Positions 56,871 through 64,000 of a DNA stretch of 64,000 bases are shown one piece after another. Made by a program: the position numbers and the translations under genes. Each line of letters begins with the position of its first letter. Position 1 is the first letter of the stretch. Origin of the DNA: an uncultured Bordetella sp. (GTDB lineage Bacteria > Pseudomonadota > Gammaproteobacteria > Burkholderiales > SG8-41); assembly GCA_964533495.1 (NCBI GenBank), contig CAZHJU010000009.1, positions 25,041 to 89,040 on the forward strand. Reading direction: 5' to 3'. The notes under the pieces were generated by a model. That model was not told the DNA's origin and did no database searches. It saw nothing but the letters and a program-made list of their open reading frames with translations.

Positions 56871-57226
56871 CGCGCTACGCGCGCGTTTAGCAGAATGAAT
56901 ACCCCCCCCCCTCCCTATCTTTCGCACATCGCCCTACTCCACTAAAAAACATTGCGCTCTTGCAGGACAGTCGCAACGGCACGCTAAATGTCATCTTCGT
57001 TATTGGCGAAACCCAGCGACATCCAGATGCTGCCGTCCTTGATGCTGACACGATATTTTCCGCGCAAGCTCTCCATCAGCGCGCCTGCTTCCGGCACTGC
57101 GAAGCTGACGATCTGCACTCGCCTCGATGTTGCCAAGTCCGACCAACATGATGAAGCAGGTGCTGTCGCGCAGCACCCAGAAGTCAAGGAAATTCGGGTT
57201 ACCACCCTCGAAGCGATGCACGCGGC

Positions 57227-57763
57227 TCAGGCCGCAGCCCGCTCCTGCTCCATGGCCAGCACGTTCGCCGCGGCGGCGACCGCGGCGGCGATGCGGCCGA
57301 CGTCGCGCAACTGGGTGACGGTCATGCCGATGTCCTTCAGCAGCCGGTAGTGCGAACCGACGCAGAAATGGCATTTGCCCACGATGCTCGCCGCCAGCGC
57401 GAAGAGCTCGAAGCGCCGCTTGTCGACGCCGCCGTGCGTCGCGTAGGCGTTCATCCGCAGTTCCGCGCGCTGCGTCTTCAGATCCTCGTCGCCGGCCATC
57501 TCGACGTACGGATACCAGACGTTGTTCATGCCCATCAGCGCTGCCGCGGTCAGCGCGGCGGTCGCGTCGGCCTCGGCCAGCGCGCCGGAGCCGCGGATGG
57601 CGTTGACGATAGGGCCGCACTTCGCCGCATAGGCCGCGGCCAGCGCCGCGCCCAGCGCATCCGCCGGCTCGAGACTGGAGCGCGCGATCGTCGCGTCGAG
57701 GTTCAGGCGCACGTCCTTCGCGTAATCCGGAATGCGCGCCTTGATGTCGTTCAGAAATTCCAT
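57227..57763 (-). CDS. ahpD: alkyl hydroperoxide reductase AhpD (carboxymuconolactone decarboxylase family)
   Basis: 178 aa. MEFLNDIKARIPDYAKDVRLNL..., with the CxxC active site in GKCHFCVGSH. It lies downstream of ahpC. Confidence 0.9.
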   Translation of the reverse strand: MEFLNDIKARIPDYAKDVRLNLDATIARSSLEPADALGAALAAAYAAKCGPIVNAIRGSGALAEADATAALTAAALMGMNNVWYPYVEMAGDEDLKTQRAELRMNAYATHGGVDKRRFELFALAASIVGKCHFCVGSHYRLLKDIGMTVTQLRDVGRIAAAVAAAANVLAMEQERAAA

Positions 57764-57872
57764 GTCCGTTCCCCGTATTTCCTGTGTTGTTTCCTGTGTT
57801 ATTTCCCGCGTTGTTCCCTGCGTCGGGCGGCACCAGCCGCTGCCGGCACCGCCCCGCTACATCGCTTCGGTA

Positions 57873-58430
57873 TCAGGCCGCCTTCAGCACGTCGCCGCCG
57901 ACGGCACGGTTGCAGGGGCACAACTCGTCGGTCTGCAGGCCGTCGAGGATGCGCAGCACTTCCTGCGGATTGCGCCCGACGTTGAGGTTGTTCACCGACA
58001 CGTGCTGGATCACGTTGTCCGGATCGACGATGAAGGTCGCGCGCAGCGCGACGCCGGCCTCTTTCTCGCGCACGCCCAGCTGGTCGACCAGCGAGCCGGT
58101 GACGTCGGCGAAGGACCAGTGGTTCAGGCCCTTCAGGTCCTTGTGGTCGCGCCGCCAGCCGAGCTTGCAGAATTCGTTGTCGGTCGAGCCGCCGAGCAGC
58201 ACCGCGTCGCGGTCGGCGAAGTCCTGCGCCAGCTTCGCGAAACCGGTGATCTCGGTCGGGCAGACGAAGGTGAAGTCCTTGGGCCAGAAATAGATGATCT
58301 TCCATTTGCCGGGGAAGGACTTCTCGGTGACGGTCTCGAACGCCGATTCGCCTTTCTCCTCGTGCTGGTTGAAGCCGGGCTTGACGCCGGTGACGGTGAA
58401 GGCTTCGAGTCGGTCGCCTATGGTTTTCAT
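57873..58430 (-). CDS. ahpC: peroxiredoxin AhpC (2-Cys)
   Basis: ATG at 58430 (MKTIGDRLEAFTVTG...). Peroxidatic motif DFTFVCPTE and a resolving Cys in ELCPCN. The 267-aa track ORF has a spurious N-terminal extension. Confidence 0.9.
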   Translation of the reverse strand: MKTIGDRLEAFTVTGVKPGFNQHEEKGESAFETVTEKSFPGKWKIIYFWPKDFTFVCPTEITGFAKLAQDFADRDAVLLGGSTDNEFCKLGWRRDHKDLKGLNHWSFADVTGSLVDQLGVREKEAGVALRATFIVDPDNVIQHVSVNNLNVGRNPQEVLRILDGLQTDELCPCNRAVGGDVLKAA

Positions 58431-58500
58431 GGTTCTGCGCTCCTGTCGTGTTGAAAAAATTCGGGATGTGAAAGATAACCGCCATCTCGGAATTATTGAA

Positions 58501-58537
58501 ATTGATTGTTTAAATAATTTCGTTAGTAAAAAGCTAT
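58501..58537. promoter_or_regulatory. possible OxyR-type operator upstream of ahpC
   Basis: The minus strand reads ATAG-N7-CTAA-N7-ATTT-N7-CAAT, versus the ATAG-N7-CTAT-N7-ATAG-N7-CTAT consensus (12 of 16 specified positions). It lies about 70-105 nt upstream of the ahpC start. Confidence 0.3.
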
Positions 58538-59649
58538 CAAACCCTGCCTGCGGCGCCCGGCCCGCGCAGCAGCAGCCAGTGGTTGTCGAGGCGCCGGCCG
58601 GACAGGACGATCCGGCGCGGCGGACCGTCGCCGCCCAAAGCGGCCGCCCGCATTTGCCCGCCCGCCCAGAGGGCACCCGCGCCCTCCGCCAGGGCGCCGG
58701 CCTCGGGCAGCGGCACGAAGCCGCGCCAGCGCCCGTCGCCGTCGTAGCGCGCGACGCCGTGCGCCCGCGTGCAGCTCACCGCGAAGCCGCCGGCGCAGGC
58801 GGCGATATCGCCGCCATAGCCGCCGAGCGCCCGCGGCGCGCCGGCGACGGCCAGCCGCCTGCCGTCGAACAGCGCCAGCAGCGGCGCATTCGCGCGCACC
58901 TCGGGCGCGTCGTGTTCGGCCTGCAGCGCGACGGCGAGCACGGCGCGGTCGGCGCGCCATGCCAGATGGCGCAGGCTCAGCCGCGGATCGGCGAGGCGCC
59001 ACTGCCCGGCCAAGGCGCCGCTGCGCGTGTCGATGCAGGCCAGCGACGAATCCATGCGGTCGAGGCGGTGCTTGGCACGGCCGGTCTCCGGCAGCGTCAG
59101 GATGCCGCCGTTGGCGACGAACAGCCGGCCGGGCGCGGCGGGATCGACCGCCAGCGCGTGCGGATCGCGGCCCTGCGTCGGCCACTCGCCGGTTTTTTCA
59201 AGGGTCGCCGCGTCGCGGACGCCGATCAGCCCCGCGCCGGTTTCGAGGTCTGTTTCGGTCGTGTAAATGCGGCGGCCGTCCGGGTCCGGCAGGACATGGC
59301 CGTTGAACGCGCGCGAGGGTTCGATCCAGTGCCAGTGCGGATCGCGGCCGGTACCGCGCCAGCGCAGCAGCCAGTCGCCCGGCCGGCGCGCCACGGCAAG
59401 AAAACGGCCCGCCGCGTCGCGCGCGAGTCCATGCGCGCGCGTCGGCACCGCGATCGATCCGCCGTCGCGCAGGCGACCGGTGGCGTGATCAAGCCGCAGA
59501 ATGCCGGTGCGGAATTCATCGCCCTGCATCCACGCTGACACGAAGCGCGGGCCGCTGCTCTGCAACGACGCCCGCGCGCCGGGCGGCAACAGGCCCGCCA
59601 GCAGGCCCGCCGACAGCATTCCCAGTACATTGCGCCGGCCGGCATCCAT
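58537..59649 (-). CDS. DUF1513-like periplasmic protein (Tat signal)
   Basis: ATG at 59649 (MDAGRRNVLGMLSAGLLAGLLPPGARA, twin-Arg). It is the last gene of the imelysin cluster. Confidence 0.65.
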   Translation of the reverse strand: MDAGRRNVLGMLSAGLLAGLLPPGARASLQSSGPRFVSAWMQGDEFRTGILRLDHATGRLRDGGSIAVPTRAHGLARDAAGRFLAVARRPGDWLLRWRGTGRDPHWHWIEPSRAFNGHVLPDPDGRRIYTTETDLETGAGLIGVRDAATLEKTGEWPTQGRDPHALAVDPAAPGRLFVANGGILTLPETGRAKHRLDRMDSSLACIDTRSGALAGQWRLADPRLSLRHLAWRADRAVLAVALQAEHDAPEVRANAPLLALFDGRRLAVAGAPRALGGYGGDIAACAGGFAVSCTRAHGVARYDGDGRWRGFVPLPEAGALAEGAGALWAGGQMRAAALGGDGPPRRIVLSGRRLDNHWLLLRGPGAAGRV

Positions 59650-59651
59650 CG

Positions 59652-60712
59652 TCAGTCCCCGTCGGCATCGGAAAAACCGATGCGCACCTTCAGCGCCGGC
59701 GCGATTTCGGACTCGGCGAGATATTTGAGCGCCGCCAGTTCGCGCGCCGCATCCTGCACGCGCCCGCCCGGCGCCAGGCCGCGCATCCGCGCATCGGTCC
59801 GGCGCACCGCCTGGGCGAGGCGGTCCGCCGCTGCGCCCATGCCCTGGCCGCGCAGCCACAGTTCCAGCGGCACCAGGCCGGCGCCGGGTTGCGGCACGCT
59901 CGCGCCCTGCGCAACCGCCAGCGCGCGCAAGGCCTGCCATTGCGCCGCCCAGCTCGCGCCGGTGGCGCCGCTCGCGGCGCGCGGCCATTCCGCCGGACGC
60001 CCCGCGCGCTGCGGCTTTTCCATGCGCGGCCAGCGCAGACGCTCGATGCCGCCGACCCACTGGTTGACGAGCTCCGACACGCCGGCGATGACCGCCTCTT
60101 CGCTCCATGCCTCCGCTTCGCGCGCCGCGAGTTCCGCAAATGCCGTCCGCAATGCCGCGGCCTCGCGCTCGACCTCGCCGGCGATCAGCAGCGCATAGCG
60201 GCAGGCCGCCGAGCCGGGCGTCGCCGGCCCGACCCACAGCAGCCACTCCAGCGCCGGCAGCCCCTTGGCCGGCGTGCCGATGCGGTCCAGCGCCGGTTCG
60301 CTGCCGGTCTTCTCCAGCGCGGCAACCGCCTTTTCGATCAGCGCCGGGCGGGTGGGCGTGAAATCGATCGCGCGCAACGAGCGGCGCTGGACCAGCGGTC
60401 CCAGCGGCACCGCCGACAGTTGCTCCCACGCCAGCATCGCCTCGCGCCAGGCGTCGCGCGCCGCGCGCGGCGCCGTCGCGGCCGATGCCGCCGGCGCGGC
60501 GCACAGTTGACGCAGCGCCGGCGTCAGCGCCGCCGCCTTCGCCGCGAATTCCGCCGCGCGCGGCGCGGTCCAGTGACGATGCAGCCCCTGCAGGACCTGG
60601 GCGGGGCCGTAATACGGCACCGCGGCGCGCGGCGCCTTGCCCTGCTGCGCCATGACGGAAGCCGGGCCGGCCAGCCCCGCGGCGAGCATCAACAGCAGTA
60701 TCCGGCGGCGCC

Positions 60713-60716
<4 letters not shown>
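59652..60716 (-). CDS. imelysin-family protein (second copy)
   Basis: A GTG at 60716 overlaps the upstream stop (GTGA). Signal peptide RRRRILLLMLAAGLAGPASVMA. It is helical and imelysin-like, and sits downstream of the di-haem gene. Confidence 0.6.
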
Positions 60717-62146
<1,430 letters not shown>

Positions 62147-62148
62147 GA

Positions 62149-63303
62149 TCAGGGCTGGACCAGCGTCAGCTTCTTGATGCCGATGGCGGCCGCCGCATCC
62201 ACCAGATCCTTGCTCTGCCGGGTCAGGCTGTCGATGGCCTTCTGGATGCGCTGTCGGCCCGGCGCATCCCTGCCGCCGATGATTTCGCGGTCGAACGGCG
62301 CGCGGATGGCCTCGGTCGCCAGCACCGACGCGCGAATCTGTTTCGTCACGCGCTCCGCCAGCGCCGCATTCTTGACCGCCACCAGGTCACGCAATGAAGC
62401 GCCCTGCAGCACGCTGCCATCGGCGCGGCGATAACGGCCCAGCCAGACGTTTTCGATGCCCAGCGCGTTGGTCACCGCGTCGCGGTGGGTGTTGTCGGAA
62501 AAACAGGAATGCTCGTCCTCCTGATCCTGGCTGTTCAGCGCCACCTCCAGCCGCTCGCCGGCCAGCTCGCCGCGCGACAGCGAACCGAGACCGACCAGCA
62601 TCCTGCGCACCGATTCCAGGCCGCCGCGCTCGAAACGCGCGCGGTAATTGCTCTTGGCGCCCGGCGCCCAGGCCCGGACGAGATACGTCAGATCGTCGAT
62701 CAGCAGCTCGGTGACCACGGTCAGGTAACGGCGGCGGCGGTCGGCGTTGGGCGCCTTGCCGTCGACGAAATCCCCGAAGCTGCGGTTGCCGGGGCCGGTC
62801 TCCGACAGATCCTGCCCCCACAGCAGGAACTCGATCGCGTGCCAGCCGGTCGCGACGTTTTCCTCACCGCCGCGCTCGTTCTGCGCGGCGAGGTTTTTCT
62901 TGCTGATGACGAACTTGCGGTTGTTGATCAGCCCCGAGTCCGGCTTGCCCTGCACCGCGTCGACGTACGACTCGTCCATCGGCCACGCATTCAGCCGCCC
63001 CTCGGGCCCCTTGTCGTCGTCGATCGGGCCGCCGTAGAACCGGAACGCCTCGGTCTGCCCGTAATACTCGCGCGCGGCGAGCCAGGCCTTGCGCGCCGCC
63101 AGCAGCGTTTCCGCGGAAGGCGCGGCGGTGAATGCCGCGATCGTTTTCTGCAGCGCTTTCGCCCCCTGCAGGGCATCCTCGTAATTGGCGTGCACCAGCG
63201 CCGCATAATGCGTGGCGACCCCCTGCACGGTGGGGGCGGGCGCGGTCTGGGCGGCGGCGGAACCGGCGGCGAACAAAGCAATGGCGAGGAGAAGATTCTT
63301 CAT
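62149..63303 (-). CDS. imelysin-family (iron-regulated protein A-like) lipoprotein/periplasmic protein
   Basis: ATG at 63303 (MKNLLLAIALFAAGSAAAQT). It has the GWHAIEFLLWGQD and HSCFSDNT motifs I associate with imelysin/IrpA. Confidence 0.7.
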   Translation of the reverse strand: MKNLLLAIALFAAGSAAAQTAPAPTVQGVATHYAALVHANYEDALQGAKALQKTIAAFTAAPSAETLLAARKAWLAAREYYGQTEAFRFYGGPIDDDKGPEGRLNAWPMDESYVDAVQGKPDSGLINNRKFVISKKNLAAQNERGGEENVATGWHAIEFLLWGQDLSETGPGNRSFGDFVDGKAPNADRRRRYLTVVTELLIDDLTYLVRAWAPGAKSNYRARFERGGLESVRRMLVGLGSLSRGELAGERLEVALNSQDQEDEHSCFSDNTHRDAVTNALGIENVWLGRYRRADGSVLQGASLRDLVAVKNAALAERVTKQIRASVLATEAIRAPFDREIIGGRDAPGRQRIQKAIDSLTRQSKDLVDAAAAIGIKKLTLVQP

Positions 63304-63391
63304 GGTCGGATCGGGATTGGCGTAATCGGAATCGGAGGGAATGCCCAGCGCCGCGGGCACGGCCCTTGGCCGCGAGGCAGTCGGCGAAAAT

Positions 63392-63410
63392 GAGAATAAT
63401 ACTCATTATG
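63392..63410. promoter_or_regulatory. Fur box candidate
   Basis: GAGAATAATACTCATTATG matches GATAATGATAATCATTATC at 15 of 19 positions. It is preceded by a further GAAAAT hexamer and lies about 90 nt upstream of the imelysin operon start. Confidence 0.55.
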
Positions 63411-63450
63411 GCCATACCAATCAAATCAACTGGCTACAGCCGATATTGCA

Positions 63451-63499
63451 GGGGAATTATATTTTTTTACTTTAAAATCAAATACTTATAAATATCCCT
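63451..63499 (-). repeat. diverged copy of the dispersed AT-rich motif
   Basis: The reverse complement is GGGATATTTATAAGTATTTGATTTTAAAGTAAAAAAATATAATTCCCC. It shares TATAAGTATTTGATTTTA with the other copies. Confidence 0.55.
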
Positions 63500-63540
63500 G
63501 CCTCTTCACCTCCGACCGGATCCGAACTAGCGACATGCGT

Positions 63541-63568
63541 AAAAAAGGCCGCGATTGCGGCCTTTTTT
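63541..63568. terminator. bidirectional intrinsic terminator downstream of pntB
   Basis: AAAAAA-GGCCGC-GATT-GCGGCC-TTTTTT. Confidence 0.7.
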
Positions 63569-63664
63569 ACGGCTCCGGCGATTGATCGGATCACCGGCAC
63601 TTCAATGAACAGCGATGAATTTCGATACTCTTTCAGCCCGCGCCGGCGGCGCGGTCATCGGCCA

Positions 63665-64000
63665 TCAGGATTTCAACGCCGCCAGCACCTCGTCGAGCAT
63701 CTTCTTGGCGTCGCCGAACAGCATCCGGTTGTTGTCCTTGTAGAACAGCGGATTGTCGACGCCCGCGTAACCCGAAGCCATGCTGCGCTTCATGACGATG
63801 GAAGTCTTCGCCTTCCATACTTCCAGCACCGGCATGCCGGCGATGGGGCTCGCCGGATCATCCTGCGCCGCCGGATTCACGATGTCGTTGGCGCCGATGA
63901 CCATCGCGACGTCGGTGTCCGGGAAATCCTCGTTCAATTCGTCCATCTCGAGCACGATGTCGTACGGCACCTTGGCCTCGGCCAGCAGCACGTTCATGTG
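63665..64000 (-). CDS. pntB: NAD(P) transhydrogenase subunit beta, C-terminal part (the gene continues past the window end)
   Basis: ...[44 protein letters not shown]...[36 protein letters not shown]... is the conserved dIII NADP(H)-binding end of PntB. Confidence 0.9.
   Translation of the reverse strand, partial: HMNVLLAEAKVPYDIVLEMDELNEDFPDTDVAMVIGANDIVNPAAQDDPASPIAGMPVLEVWKAKTSIVMKRSMASGYAGVDNPLFYKDNNRMLFGDAKKMLDEVLAALKS

Noticed and set aside
56984-57205. The 73-aa minus-strand ORF (and the 63-aa plus-strand ORF 56960..57151) between the array and ahpD, considered as real small genes, for example a toxin/antitoxin or cas2.
   Set aside because: There is no RBS and no recognisable Cas2 or TA motifs. 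The N-terminal half is Cys/Ser/Ala-rich shadow-like sequence. I treat it only as a possible frameshifted remnant (see findings).
58485-58537. The AT-rich stretch upstream of ahpC, considered as another copy of the dispersed TTGATTTTATTGAT motif.
   Set aside because: It lacks the core 14-mer and aligns poorly with the other copies. It is better explained as the ahpC promoter and possible OxyR operator region.

Overview
This is a GC-rich chromosomal segment that looks betaproteobacterial. That inference rests on six Bug/TctC-type solute-binding genes with no tctA/tctB, LysR and GntR regulators, and CoA-dependent organic-acid catabolism. I support about 60 protein-coding genes. Many long ORFs in the supplied track are antisense or out-of-frame shadows typical of high-GC DNA and are not called. 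I recognised no tRNA, rRNA, transposase or integrase.

Most of the window is housekeeping or catabolic:
- dadA
- an acyl-CoA ligase / enoyl-CoA hydratase / DUF35-thiolase cluster
- ubiU-ubiV-trhA-ubiT
- bdhA
- queG/tsaE/amidase
- ahpCD
- a Fur-box-preceded imelysin / di-haem / imelysin / DUF1513 iron cluster
- the pntB 3' end

The most unusual locus is at 54.59-56.87 kb, a decapitated type II-C CRISPR-Cas9 system.
- It has an apparently complete tracrRNA with promoter, bulged anti-repeat, nexus-like hairpin and intrinsic terminator.
- It has only the first ~486 codons of cas9 (RuvC-I, bridge helix, REC-like region).
- That cas9 remnant runs in frame straight into a 5-nt-truncated terminal repeat of a 10-repeat, 9-spacer array. 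Each repeat carries an extended -10-like box.
- No RuvC-II, HNH, PI domain, cas1 or cas2 is present.

Other notable items:
- Two genes are split by in-frame TGA in the ORF track and look like selenoproteins. One has a U-G-S-C motif and one is an AhpE-like peroxiredoxin with U at the peroxidatic position. Each has a hairpin 12 nt after the UGA.
- An AT-richer single-gene AbiH-like island.
- A 178-bp direct duplication of the bdhA 3' end bracketing a 2.4-kb two-gene insert.
- A dispersed AT-rich ~40-bp intergenic motif (core TTGATTTTATTGAT), twice fused to a GC-rich palindromic module.
- A relic duplicate of a thiolase 3' end.
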